A stretch of DNA of 63,482 bases, filler included, from Rhabdomonas costata (GCA_019059605.1; 52 parts of 52 records of this genome joined end to end with filler, not necessarily neighbours in it); one strand, 5' to 3'; counted from the whole stretch's first letter, positions 1-12,749 are shown. The notes: generated from the sequence alone by a model not told the origin. Made by a program: numbers and translations.

Positions 1-98
1 GTTTGTGGGGCTCTCTGGAGAAATGATAAACTGAAGACTCAACGAATGTAAACCAAAACCCTAACTCGAGGTCCGCCGCTCATCCGTGTGTCCTTAGC

Positions 99-677
99 TC
101 AGCCGTAACGCGCCACCGGGGGTGCAAGGTAGACCATGGAGAGCACTGGGATCTCCCTCTCCGTGGGCTCGCTGCCGTTGCTCTGGCTGCCCTGTCGGGG
201 GGAAAGCTGCGTGGCGGAGCATGGGCGCCGGCTGGGGTGGGGCGAGATCCTCGGGGACACCGCAGCGGCAGAACCGCGGAAGGTGTGCAGCACTCCGCTC
301 AGCGTGCTGCGCAACACGGAGCCCTCACCCCGACTGCGGCTGGAGCCCAGCTGGAGCCTGCCCACCCTACGGCAGTGCTCGCACTGCACCGGCCTCTGGC
401 ACACGTCGCAGAACTGCGGGGCGTTTTGCCCGTTGGCACTATGGGAGTGGTGCTGGGCGCGCAGCTTGGTGACATCGATCTCAGGGAACTCCCGCTCCGC
501 GAGGCAAGGTGGGCTGATCTGGAAGACGTCCTGCTCGCTGACCATACCTTTCAAAGGGAATCGCCCCAGGAAGAGTAACTCGGCGTCTTCCACACGGCTG
601 AGCCGGGCCTGCGTCTCCACAGAGATCAGCACTTGCCCACCCGCGCCCAGCCCCTCAATGCGGGCTGCGCAGTTGAC
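99..677 (-). CDS. Class III adenylate/guanylate cyclase, terminal exon (C-terminal half of catalytic domain plus tail)
   Basis: After acceptor tttcag|: VNCAARIEGLGAGGQVLIS...LGRFPLKG...LAEREFP, containing the N-x-A-A-R transition-state motif and the LKG motif; ends at TGA. Confidence 0.85.
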   Translation of the reverse strand, partial: VNCAARIEGLGAGGQVLISVETQARLSRVEDAELLFLGRFPLKGMVSEQDVFQISPPCLAEREFPEIDVTKLRAQHHSHSANGQNAPQFCDVCQRPVQCEHCRRVGRLQLGSSRSRGEGSVLRSTLSGVLHTFRGSAAAVSPRISPHPSRRPCSATQLSPRQGSQSNGSEPTEREIPVLSMVYLAPPVARYG

Positions 678-1123
678 CTGAAAGATTTGGGCGCCACAAA
701 TCACATTCACAAAAAAGTGCAAAAGAAAAAGAAAAAGGCCACTCATGATTACAATGGTTACCAGAACGAAAATCGTTGCTGGAACGTGGGTGGGTGGTGT
801 CCCATTCTATTGTTAATTATCAAACATAAAGCACCCCAGAAAGCTTGGGCCAAAAATGCCCTTGCCAGCCCATACAAAATTGGACTCAAGAAGGCTCCCA
901 AAAGGCCCTGAGGCAGCGTAAATCATACCACTTCGGTCCAGTCCGGTTTGGTGGAGGATTGCCAACAGAAATCACGCCCAGCAAACAGGGCGACGTTTGG
1001 GGCGCAAAAAGCAGTTCAAACTCAGTTCAAAAGTAGTTCGAACTTAGACTAGACAAAAAACCTCCACAATAGCAACAGGAGCGACAAGAAAAAAAGCCAC
1101 AGCCATGACCAACGTATATCGGC

Positions 1124-1223
1124 NNNNNNNNNNNNNNNNNNNNNNNNNNNNNNNNNNNNNNNNNNNNTTAATTAATTAANNNNNNNNNNNNNNNNNNNNN
1201 NNNNNNNNNNNNNNNNNNNNNNN
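1124..1223. other. Artificial contig-joining linker (44 N + TTAATTAATTAA + 44 N); first of 51 copies spaced about 1.22 kb apart
   Basis: Identical linker with stops in all six frames recurs through the window; the flanking sequences are unrelated to each other. Confidence 0.99.
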
Positions 1224-1275
1224 CATGCTGAATGGGGGCAGGGGGTGTTCAAATGATTTGCAAAACGTTGCTGAC

Positions 1276-1710
1276 CAAGGCCGAGTGAAACCGAATCTGA
1301 ATCAAGGCATCAGGAAAAAAAATGCAGGGAAGAAAACAATTTAAAAAACAGAAACCAACGCAATACGCTTCGGCATTGGCCCCCCTACTCTTCCAAGAGA
1401 GTTCTACGTAAATCAAATGGGCAAAAAACCGAAACATGAAGAGAAGGACTGGAAACTGTGATGCAACACCTGAGCCAAGACCTCCTCGGCCTCGGTGTAG
1501 AATGCCAGAGCCCCATTGTAATTGCCCTGACTCTCCAGGTACTGAGCCCACCAGATCAGTAGCTCACGGTCCCGGCTAGCTGTGACATAGCCCTCCAGGT
1601 CGCGCAGGGCGCTGTTATCGTACAGCATCCGGGGCACCTCGTAGCGGTGGGTACGGGAGGCTTCGTACTGCTTCACCGCGGCCTCCACCTCCCCAGTCTT
1701 CTCAAGGTAC
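1276..1710 (-). CDS. IFT140: Intraflagellar transport protein 140 (IFT-A), internal exons
   Basis: Exon 1710-1470 YLEKTGEVEAAVKQYEASRTHRYEVPRML...WWAQYLESQG matches the IFT140 THRFEVPRML/WWAQYLES signature; probable mini-exon 1296-1276 (IRFHSAL). Confidence 0.92.
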
Positions 1711-3027
1711 CTTTACCCCCCAACCCAACAAACAAGCACATGCCTGGTCCAGCGGTGGGATGAGTGTATATGGACGATGAAGTCACAAGAAGAGTCTGAG
1801 CAAGCGTAGGGCGAGCAGCCAAAGGCAGAGGAAGGCCCTCCACACTGCTTTTGCAGCGCACGAAGAGAAAGATGGTGGTGGATCCGTCCCATAAAGGCAG
1901 GCGAAAGCACGATGCCCAGACGGCTCACGAGAAGAGGAATTCTCAGGAATTTACACGCAGAACACGCACATATGGTCATTGCTGCCCCTACAGAGGAATT
2001 CACGGGGTTTTGGGTATCGGTAATGGACCCTTTGTCCTGCCAACACTATCCAGAAATTAGGCGGGCCGGTTCAATCTGTCGTCATCTCAGAAACTTTGCA
2101 AAAATGAACCTTAAAAGAAGTCGCGGAATGCGCAGTCAATAGTAAGGTCTTTCCAAAGCCGACCAAGGTTGCGCAGAATCCCAGTAAAGACGCCCATTCC
2201 ACCTCACAAAAACAGCCAAATACCCAAATGCCCAATTTTCACCTCTTTCAAAATTTCCGGTGCCCTACACAGTACTGGGGACTGAAAACTGGATGTACGT
2301 CCTCGAGAGGATTCTTGGCCCACCCCAAACCAAACACACCCACCACNNNNNNNNNNNNNNNNNNNNNNNNNNNNNNNNNNNNNNNNNNNNTTAATTAATT
2401 AANNNNNNNNNNNNNNNNNNNNNNNNNNNNNNNNNNNNNNNNNNNNGTGTTGATGCTTTCTATCACACCATGTGCGAGGCGACAGACATGTTTTCTATGA
2501 GGCGCCAGGTCGGCATGCTGATGTAGCAGTGTTGCGGTGCAGCTGGTTTTGAATACGCTGGTGGTTGGCACAAGAAAACTTTCACCCGCTTCCGGTTCAT
2601 CTAAGAGTGTGGATCAGGATCAGCCCTCTACATCCTGGCGGAGGTTCATAAAGAAACCTCCATGCCACTTTCAAATGCCCTTACACAGAGCTCCAACTTT
2701 TAGCTCTCTTATGTGGCATTATGTCTTCTTCTTCCGCCTGCACAGCTTCTTGCCTCGGCTTTGGGTTGCTGCTTTTTCGCGCTCTTTGCTCAAGAAATTA
2801 TGGATGCACGCATTCCATAAGGGCATGAGAGCCGAATCGATGGGAGGGTTTACAGAGAGTTTTGGCTGGATTTGACCGACCTAGTCAGCAAATTGCCCGC
2901 TGGATAGCACAGTGTTATGCGGTGTGCCTGTGGACCTGGTCGGAGTGTCCGATTCTTCAAAAAGCTTTCCGTCATCAAGGGGAGAAAGCAGAAAGAAAAA
3001 AGTGCAGACAGGATAGCTTTCAGAAAC

Positions 3028-3503
3028 CTCGGTCCACACACAGTCGGTGAGAGCGGTTGGTTAGGGCGTAGGGCAAGGCGCGGCTGCCGTCCCGGCTGCA
3101 GTCGCAGGTCGCGAAAAGCCGGAACTTACCGTGCACCCCCTTAAACAGCCCTGAGGAAGGCACCTCCAGCAAAGGGATGAGGTTGCGCAAAAGTGAGTCC
3201 GAGGCGCGGTCCAGGCCCTCCAACACGACCCAGTGGCCCGCTTCCAGAGCGGTGGGCAGCAGACCTACGATGCGGGTGCATGCGTGTGCGTTGTGAGTGA
3301 AAAGAAAGGGCCGCAATGGGAGCCAAAAGCCACCACAAGATATTCAGAGGATGCGCAGTCATCCGACGTCTGACGTCACCCTGACTGTACTCCTGTCTGT
3401 ATAGCACAGGCACTAAAAGGGGGGCTGCGTTTGCGGGCAAAGACTGCCCAAGACCAGAACCTTCCAAGACCAGCAAAAGACTTTCCGCATACTTGTGCAC
3501 GAG
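3028..3503 (-). CDS. Midasin/MoxR-like AAA+ module, two exons
   Basis: Exons 3503-3380 and 3264-3028 join in phase across a GT-AG intron: YSQGLLPTALEAGHWVVLEGLDRA...LIPLLE...HGKFRLFAT...ALPYALTNR, the pattern of dynein-related AAA domains. Confidence 0.7.
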
Positions 3504-4081
3504 CTGGAAGGGAGCGAGCGAGTGAGCATTAGTTAGGATCAACCCCCAACAACCAAACACACCCACCACNNNNNNNNNNNNNNNNNNNNNNNNNNNNNNN
3601 NNNNNNNNNNNNNTTAATTAATTAANNNNNNNNNNNNNNNNNNNNNNNNNNNNNNNNNNNNNNNNNNNNTGTGTTGGTGTGTGTGGGGGTGGTGGGGGAG
3701 AGAGCGTGAGTGAGAGTGAGCACCCGTAGGAGGGTAGGTCGGTTGATTGCTGGATTCGAATAGGGGTACAAAATCGCTTGATGCTCGCTGAAGCCTGTCC
3801 GAGTGGGCGCTTACTCCATTCATGAGTAAGGGGCACACGATTTACATGAAAATAAAAAGCACACGACAAAAATGAAAAAATCGGAGCAAGCAAGAAAGCA
3901 GGCAGAGCCGCCAGCCATGAGTTGAGAAAGAGGTTATGGAGCCATGTCCTTTGATCCCAAGGATGTTTCGATCGCAGCTCAGCGCTAAGCGGCCAGAGAA
4001 CTTGCTAATCTGTGTGCGTTCAATCGGGCCGGCTTGTGTGCTTTCAGCAGCTCCGGTATATCTCCTTCTTTGCTGTCACAG

Positions 4082-4541
4082 GAACCGAGGCTGGCCATGT
4101 GCATCGGACGAACATCAAATCTATCCCCAAGCTGGAGAGTGGTGCGCGTGCGATTGTTCTTCTGCCCTGGTGGTTCTGGTTGGCTGGTTGGTTTGGATGC
4201 TGTGCATTCGAAATGAGTTGTGTTTTGGGTTTTGGCATTCTTACGGTGTTCATTTTGAGTTGCAGGCTACCCAGATCCTCCTGCTTTCTGTTTGTCGTCG
4301 TCTGAGAAGGAGGCCCACTCTCCGTCACCCTGCGAGAAGTTGTTAGCATACAGAATGTCACTCCCTTTGCACGTGTGGCAAAATTGCGCACACCCATTTT
4401 CCTTTACATCTCATTCATCACTGTGGTGGTACTCCGGGATGCCCTTTCGGGTTTCCCTCTTCGCCTTCTCAGTGAAAACCTCGGATGTGAAGGAGGTAAA
4501 GCTGGTGGACCCCGTGATCTCGCGCTACGAAGGACACCTAG
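4082..4541 (+). CDS. WD40 dynein intermediate chain (WDR34/DYNC2I2-like), two small exons
   Basis: Exons 4082-4141 (GTEAGHVHRTNIK) and 4473-4541 (DPVISRYEGHLG) join in phase 1; GTExG and P-x4-Y-x2-H-x-G are typical of dynein IC WD repeats. Confidence 0.6.
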
Positions 4542-4910
4542 GTTTCCGTGCCTATCTTCTTGCCACCTTTTGTACGACTTGCTCGCGTCCAGTGACACGG
4601 GATATAACCCATTGGTATGAAAATGCCTTCATGGCCGGTTGCTCTAAGAGACCTTGGAAGGGATAGTGTGTGCTATTATCGGTTATCAGTGATCAATGGC
4701 TAGCTCCCTCCCCTCCAAAAATACTGATGGCTTCAGGTCTTGACAGATGGAGTGAGTCACCAAAAGTATAGCACCGTGACGCAGCCGGACGCNNNNNNNN
4801 NNNNNNNNNNNNNNNNNNNNNNNNNNNNNNNNNNNNTTAATTAATTAANNNNNNNNNNNNNNNNNNNNNNNNNNNNNNNNNNNNNNNNNNNNTGTTGGTT
4901 TGGGCGCCTC

Positions 4911-5985
4911 GTGAATGTGGTTCATGGATACACCTACGAAGGCGAATTTGTGGAAGGGCTTCGGCACGGGCAGGGAAGCGCGCAGTGGAGCGACGGCTCC
5001 AGCTATGTGGGGCAGTGGAGCCAGGACATGCGCCATGGCAAGGGCAGGCAGCGCTGCTCTCCCTCCGCGGACTCCTCGGACATGCTTTCCTACGATGGCG
5101 TGTTTGCTAGCTTGCTTGCTTGCGTGCGTGCGTGTGAATAGTAGGAGAGAACGCTGGAGGTTGTGAAGTACAAAAGGAATGCGAAGCGGAATGGATTGGA
5201 ACGGGAACCTGCCTCAGAGCGGGGTGAACAAATTGCCTCCCGCGCCATTGGGCGGGAGGGGGGGAGGGGGTGAACAAGTCTGATGCTCTCAAACGCTGTT
5301 GGATAACTCGCGGCATCCAAAATTATTGCCCCCAGGTATGTGTTGGGAACTTAATTGTGGCATAATAAACCACCGTTGGTTGGGTTAACATGTTCCAGCA
5401 TGGTGGACGGCAGCTCGCAGGCCGGCAATGGGCACGCCCCCAGCGACTGTGTTTACGAACGGCCCAGACGTGCCGTAGAGCTACAAGAAGTACCGGTTTT
5501 TTTATGCAGCGCCGTGGTGTGAAGTGATCCAATGTTTTCTTTGTCTGTGTGCAGAAATGATATGCGCATACCATGGAAGAAAGCCCGTTTTTATTCAGCA
5601 CTTAGTCAGGCTATCCACCATCAGTGGTCCTCCATAAACTGCCTCTGATTGTCGCTGGTGTGGTCTCCTTGCAGGGGATTGGGTGTGCGACTCCCGAGAG
5701 GGAGTGGGCAAGGCCACCTTTGTGAACGGGGACTCCTACACGGGGAACTGGCAGGGGGATGTTTTCCATGGCAGGGGCAAATACAGTTTCCGGGATGGGT
5801 CTGCGTATGAAGGTGACTTTGACGCAGGCACCATAACGGGCTGGGGTATGTTCACTCTGGCCGACGGCAGCATCTTTGAAGGCGAGGTGCTTGAGGGTCG
5901 GGCGGAAGGCCAAGGCAAGTATTACTCTGCCCCATCCGGGGAAATGTATGAGGGCACCTGGAAAGCTCACAAGCGGCACGGCAAG
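4911..5985 (+). CDS. MORN-repeat protein, two exons
   Basis: Repeated YxGxW/F...HGxG units in exons ending 5097 and 5675-5985; join reads SYD-G-DW. Confidence 0.92.
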
Positions 5986-6713
5986 GTTCCACCCCCCACC
6001 CCAAACACACCAACANNNNNNNNNNNNNNNNNNNNNNNNNNNNNNNNNNNNNNNNNNNNTTAATTAATTAANNNNNNNNNNNNNNNNNNNNNNNNNNNNN
6101 NNNNNNNNNNNNNNNGTGGTGGGTGTGTTTGGTGTGGGTTTGTGCAAGAGGACTACACATTCGGAACATAATCGCCCGGGTTGCTGCTTCAGCCGCATCA
6201 GAAAGCGAATGCCGGTTCTTCACTGGTCCCTGCCGAAGCATTCCTTCCTTCTGTCTCCGATGTTCCTACCACGCTCGACGCGTTGTTGTGCAGCGCCAGA
6301 GCGGCAGAGAAGGTCGCGGCGCAGTGCGAGGAGGGACTTCTGGGCCGTCCGGCCGAGGCCTGGAACCAGGCAGGTTGGTGGGCCGCCAGGCCGGGCAGGT
6401 GCCCAGGGAACGGGGAAACACGGAAGGAAGCAACTGAGGCTTTCTGGATGGAAGGGTGCAATTCTGCACGTCTTTACGAATTGTTATGTTCGCCCACCTG
6501 GACAAAATTCAGAATGGTGCTTATGAACTCACTAACCATCAATGTTTCCGTAGACTGCAACATATCAGTGTTTCCAAAGAGCAGCAACGTTTTGCTGTTG
6601 ACTTCGAGGGCGTCCGTTTTGCTTTCTTTGCCTTTGACTGACACGACAAAAGCGAATGTACCAACCAAGGAACAAAACAACAAGTCAAAAACATTGGGAC
6701 TTGTCCTGATGCT

Positions 6714-6716
<3 letters not shown>

Positions 6717-6746
<30 letters not shown>
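6717..6746. repeat. (AC)n microsatellite
   Basis: Directly visible dinucleotide run. Confidence 0.95.
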
Positions 6747-6747
<1 letters not shown>

Positions 6748-7410
6748 ACAACAAAATAAAGCTTGTTTGAAACAGTGTTTCCCCAAGACGACACAGCAGG
6801 TCGAGGCTTCACATCACAACAAATAGGTCATATCAATTTAAAATAAAACTGAACAACCTGCACGTTTGTGGATCGACTAATTGCCTTTCCACCGAACGTG
6901 TTGGGTTTGAAAGCAGGCAAGGCTGTGAGAGTAGACATTGCGCCGTCACGTCATTAGATTGAATTCTCTTTGACGGAAGTGGGTGGAACTCTCTGTTGCT
7001 TAACACTCATTGCCATACAAGCAAAAGCAAAACAACCAATTTCTGGGGAATAGAAAATACAAAGCAAATGAGATGTCAAAACTGAAGTTGGGGAAGTTAA
7101 TTAATCAAAATGCGCCCTTTTCCTTCCTCAAATTCAGCTCAAGGTTCGAAAAGAGAAGATAACGGAACACCAAGCCCACAAACCAACAAAGGAACACGGC
7201 ACCCGGCGCAAGTACACGCCACCAACCAACCCCCCAACACNNNNNNNNNNNNNNNNNNNNNNNNNNNNNNNNNNNNNNNNNNNNTTAATTAATTAANNNN
7301 NNNNNNNNNNNNNNNNNNNNNNNNNNNNNNNNNNNNNNNNTGTTTTTGGTACTCAGTACCCAGATCAGTACTCAGTACCAAACGACACAACGCACACATA
7401 TACATACAGA

Positions 7411-8396
7411 TCACGCCGCAGTGGACTTCGGGACCTTAATATATCGAACCCGAGAAGTCACGACAGGCGACGAGGGGTCGCACAGCAGGGCCTCCAAGGT
7501 GGACGTGCGATGCTTCGAGCCCTCATCCTCTGACTGGTCCCCTGACCTCCGCCCCGGAGAGTGGGAGTAGCCGCCGGGAGAGGGCACACCCCGCACCCCG
7601 GCGTGGGCTGCACCGCACCTATAGGGTGGGCATAGCGAGGTGGACGAGACTGGGGGTGAAGGCTGAGCAGAGGGAGAGCGGCTGGTGAGAAGCATCCGGA
7701 GTCGCTGCAGCGCGAGCAGACAGGAGCGGATCCCCATCGTCGCCAGGGGAAGCGGGGGCTCCGATTCTGCTGTGAGCAAAGCAGGAGGGTCCGATCCATG
7801 CCGCGTAAGGGGAAGCCTCGGAAAGAAGTGAGTGAGTACGGAAAAAGAGGCTCCTACGCGACTATGATCTATGGGCAATCTGGAGTCCATCCTTGTTCAC
7901 TCTCCGAACATGATGCGGCCGAAACGGAATGGAACGAAATGAACGAAATAACGGATTTCGTCCCCCCCCCCCCGAAAAAGGCGTGGCGCAAAAATTAGGG
8001 TACAAACCTAGAAGGAGTTACTATTGACGCAGGACATTCCAACACCAGTGTGACGGGAAACCTCTTCAATCCAACCTCTCTGCATCGTGAAGTTTTGGGG
8101 TTTCTGTGGATCATTTTGGGGATGCTGACAGAAGAAAGCCCGTCCGACGTGCATTTCTTTCCGACGTCCGACGACGGATTCTGAAAATATCCGGCGCTCT
8201 GAGAACTACATATACCCATCCCGAGCCTGTCTTGCAGCACCCCGACATGCTCCCTCATGGTGAGGCAGAGCTGGCTGCACGGGACGCCCTCGGGACGGAT
8301 CTCCCCGGTGGCCTCGTCCATGATGCCCATATGGTGGAGCCCGCAGCGCGAGCACACGAACAGCGCCGCAGGGGCCTCCACTTGGTACCACCCATT
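7411..8396 (-). CDS. Hypothetical protein, last two exons, with a CxxCxxHH motif
   Basis: Exon ending 8216 (LFVCSRCGLHH...DRLGM G|gt) joins in phase to exon 7769-7411 (AESEPPLP...KSTAA*); GC-rich coding-like composition. Confidence 0.5.
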
Positions 8397-11300
8397 CTGT
8401 ACCCCACTGTACACATATACGAGCGGGAGGGGGGGGGAGGCACAACACTTTATAAACCAAAAANNNNNNNNNNNNNNNNNNNNNNNNNNNNNNNNNNNNN
8501 NNNNNNNTTAATTAATTAANNNNNNNNNNNNNNNNNNNNNNNNNNNNNNNNNNNNNNNNNNNNGGTTTTGGGTCGACCTTTGGTTTTCAGTTGCCACAAG
8601 ATGTTACAGAATGTTCATCACCCAGCGAGCTCAATATGGACATATATGGCGAAGGCAGGGGCATCCCCATATGGGTATCACCACAAACTCGTACAGTTTT
8701 GTCCACAATTTGCTGCGTGAAAATTCGTCCGAATTTGGGTTTCATTCCTTTTTTCATTCCTGTCTGCACAGCAGACAGCGTGGGCCTCGGGGTGTTCCCG
8801 CACACAAATAAAACGAAAACATAGTACAAATACGTACAAATACGCATTTGCGCTATTCTTGAAACCTTAATTCGCGGAGAAAGTGTAAAAGACGTTTAGG
8901 TTCATTCGTATACGTGTCAGGAGGGACCCTGTGAAGGTTCGAGTTTCTGGGGAGGCAGCGAAGTCTGCCTAAAGTAGGGGGGGGGGCAGGCAAACAAAAC
9001 AAAATCGAAAATGCTGAAGTGTGATTCCAATGGTACCAACACACCGCATTGAAGCTCAACATTACATCAAAAGTCTCATAGTTTGATGCTCGTTTTGATG
9101 CAAATTTTCAGGTAACAAAGACTATCACAGTCCTTCGGATTCTTGTTCCTTTGTATCTTTGGAGCTCTTCCTTTTGGGACCAATATGAACAAACACCACA
9201 ACATGAGGTTGACCACGTCCCGTCTGATGCCATCACGGTAGGTGCATGCACCATGCACCAGACAAAAACATACAAACTTGTTTCTCAAGTGACCAGTGTG
9301 GGTTATCATTGCAAATATGGTAAATTACAAACAGGTAACGAGTAAAAATTAAAAAGTTCATGTATACTTGTGCAACTATCAGCAGTCAAGTGTGTATATG
9401 CCTCCAAAGTGCATATTTCGAAATGCCGTGTAACACGTTTTTGCACAAGGGGTGAGCTTTAGCAGACTGTAGCTCATCAAATTCTGCGAAACTGTGCTGG
9501 CTTGCATATCTGACGTTTGTTATGAAGAAAGTTTAGAGTTGACTGGTACCGTTAGGTAGAAAAGATATTGGTTATCGTGCGCAAATAGGTGATGAAGATG
9601 TGTAGCACAGTGAGCACATTCAGCACGACCCGCAATGATATCTCCTGTCTGCCTGTCTCTACCAACACCACCAAACCACCCACACANNNNNNNNNNNNNN
9701 NNNNNNNNNNNNNNNNNNNNNNNNNNNNNNTTAATTAATTAANNNNNNNNNNNNNNNNNNNNNNNNNNNNNNNNNNNNNNNNNNNNTGTGTGTTTGTGTA
9801 TATGTGTGTGTGCGTTGTGCTCATTCCTCGCTGAGGAATTGATCAGTGGCAGGCGTTCCGAAGAATTGGGGTCAAGCGGGCGATGGTCAATGTGGCCTAC
9901 TCCTCGCTACTCATTCCCCATCGTACTGTCCCTGTGCGTATCCCGTCCACCATTTTAGGTTGTGTTATGCCACGCGCGGTCTCTTTTTTTCCCCAAAAGA
10001 GAAGCAGCTCGCGCACGTTGATGGCTTTTTTGCTGGTTTGTTTCCGTTTTGAAGCCTGCCTGCCTGCCTGCCTGCCTCCTGCCGCGGGAGCCTTTGCTTC
10101 TATCTGTGTGTGTGCTCGTGGTCCCTCACGGATGCCCCAAGCCACGCCCCGTCTTCATTTGTGTGCGTTGTGTCTTTTGGATTTCGGGGCCTATAATGAC
10201 GATGCCCCCGATGTTCACCGAACCTGTCCATTATTTTTCCGTTGCTCGCTTGCGGGCTGAGGATTTTTCTCTCTCGCCTTGCGCCTCGCCCGTTTTCTGT
10301 GGTACAAGGGCCCTTTTGGGGGGTGTTGAACCCTTTTGCTGCGATGCTACGTTGCTGTTGGTCCACTGTCGTATCAGTTTGGAGATGCGTGAAAAGGTGG
10401 AAACCCATTTGCAATGAAAGTAAATGGCATTGATTGCCCATGAATGTACGGTGAATTGTCATCCCGGAAATCGAGCGCGTCCTGAGGTTGTCTGTGGATT
10501 TGTTTTCCCCTGATTTCCTCTGACAAAGGTCTGCAGGAGAAGTTCTTGGCTGGGAGTCAAAGTGTCACGTATCCTTACCACTAGTGGGGAAGATTCTCGA
10601 CATACATTGCCTCGGGTTAGAAAACGGCAATGATGTATCCCTCCGAAATACACTAGATAACAAGCCGCCCTCCTGCTTCAGCGTAACATCTGTCAGTTGT
10701 GTTGAAGTCCGCGGTGCTTGACTGAAACTCGACCCCCCCTTCCTTCCTCCCTTCGTGAACCAGTCCTGGTCCTGGTTCGCGGTGGGAACGATATTTCCTG
10801 TTTCCCACTTGAGATTGTTTGGAATTATTTTGGACGCGAAGGCCAGACCCGGTGCGGCCGGAGCCACCCCACTCTCGAGCTGCAATCACACGCACATTAG
10901 CGTTTGCTCNNNNNNNNNNNNNNNNNNNNNNNNNNNNNNNNNNNNNNNNNNNNTTAATTAATTAANNNNNNNNNNNNNNNNNNNNNNNNNNNNNNNNNNN
11001 NNNNNNNNNGTTGGGTGTTGTTTGGGGTGGGGGTGGGAGCGTTTTCCTGGTCAGGCGCACGCACCGAAACCCCGAACAGCTCGGTCGCTTTTGGTGCGTG
11101 CGCCTGACCAGGAAAACGCTCCCATCCCCATCCCAGACAGCGTCCCCGCCTCAGTTGCCTGCGTCTGGAGCACTGGCCTTAGCCGCCGAACAGGCTTTGT
11201 TCCATAAAGCTGCAACCTCCTAGGAACTGTCCATTGCGCCGAAGTACATATGAAAGGCACCAGAATAGAAAATTCCAAGACTGATGTATGCCATCGTTAA

Positions 11301-11637
11301 TAAACCTTTAAACGTGCCGCATTTCTTCTTGGAGGACAAGCGCGAATTGGGGCGCTAAGAGGTGCTGTGCACACTACATGGACTACGTGGAAGTTGAGTC
11401 GAGCCCTCTCAGGTCAGACACTTAGTGATTTACTTACCCCAGCAAACCTGAAAGGGATGCAGCTCATCTTGGTGTTGCCGTTTTGTTTGCGTTTATTTGC
11501 AGATGGCCGTCCCGAGCCAGACACCGATGCAGAATGCAAGCAAAACCTACAATCAGGGTTTACTACCAGCTTCCACGAAGGAACATGTAGTCACCTCAGA
11601 CATCTCCCCCTGCAGCCAGGCAAATACGCAAACATGC

Positions 11638-11768
11638 CTTGTCGTCCTCAATGGTGAGCATGATTTGCAGCTTCTTCACCCCGTAAGCAACCTCGACCAA
11701 CTTGCTGGCGCCCCACAGCAGCCCATCCATCTCAATTGCCCGCACGCCCTTCTCCATGGCCTTCATAT
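11638..11768 (-). CDS. EEF1B: Translation elongation factor 1B (beta/delta), nucleotide-exchange domain exon; absent from the ORF track
   Basis: [44 protein letters not shown] matches the conserved eEF1B GL-x-WG-x-SKLV...YG-x-KKLQI...EDDK motif. Confidence 0.93.
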
Positions 11769-12518
11769 CTGCACACCCCCGTAGAGAGAGATACAGTCAG
11801 TGCACATGAATTTGATTTGCGTGGTGGACCAATGACCGACATTGCCCCCACTTGCTGCTACATTGCTTCTTGTGCAGGTTTGTTTTCACTGAGCCTGTGC
11901 TGGTGGAGCTCCTAGACTACTTTCAGACTCTGATGTATAGCAACCGTATACCGTATAATGCTGTTGTACCAATTCACACCCTGCCCCGGACCCCACTCAG
12001 TTAGACACACTAAGCTGCAGTTATCCTGTGGTTAAACCCCGCGCAAAGGCGGGAGGCAAGGGGGGGGGATCGCTAATTCTGTGCAGGCACTTCGAACGCT
12101 CTGTCATGTTGATAAACCTGGCGGAGAGAACANNNNNNNNNNNNNNNNNNNNNNNNNNNNNNNNNNNNNNNNNNNNTTAATTAATTAANNNNNNNNNNNN
12201 NNNNNNNNNNNNNNNNNNNNNNNNNNNNNNNNGTGTGTGGGTCTCCATCATTCTGTCCTACATAAATGTACTTCTCTGACCCTGCCATATGCTTGGCTCC
12301 GGGTGATTTTCGATCTGGCCCTCTCTTTTTTGTTTTGTATGAAACGATGATGTCCATGACATGAGTATGTCATGTTTTCTTTTCGCTGTCTTCATTGTGC
12401 CGCCACGCTACGGTACATGCTGGACTGCTCAGCTCTTCTAAAGATGAATGGTAAATATCTAAGTTCAACATGCTCACACGTGTTTACTTGTAAAATCCTT
12501 CACTTGCGCATCTCTCAG

Positions 12519-12749
12519 GCCTTGAAGGATCACAAAGAGAGTGTCGGATTGCTGGAAAACATCTGCGGGATGGTCGCCGCCGTAGCGGACGGGCACACGA
12601 GTGGCCGCATTGTGCTTGAAAGGTCGTCCATCGTCCAGTACCTTGGGGAAGCCTATCTTCACCATAGCACGGAGCGGGACGTACGTGCAAAGGTTGCGAT
12701 CCAGCGCGCTATAGCCGCGCTGTCCAGGCCGGCTTTTTCGGAAGAGTAG
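12519..12749 (+). CDS. Terminal exon of a helical (ARM-like) repeat protein
   Basis: Acceptor ctctcag| then ALKDHKESVGLLENICGMVAAVA...AIQRAIAALS...*; resembles the 'al..h..s..l.e.acg.l..la' armadillo pattern. Confidence 0.45.
   Translation, partial: ALKDHKESVGLLENICGMVAAVADGHTSGRIVLERSSIVQYLGEAYLHHSTERDVRAKVAIQRAIAALSRPAFSEE

Noticed and set aside
1711..1743. 33-nt GC-AG mini-intron in IFT140
   Set aside because: It lacks a pyrimidine tract, the upstream peptide match is weak, and the G/T-only stretch could be an internal primer chimera.
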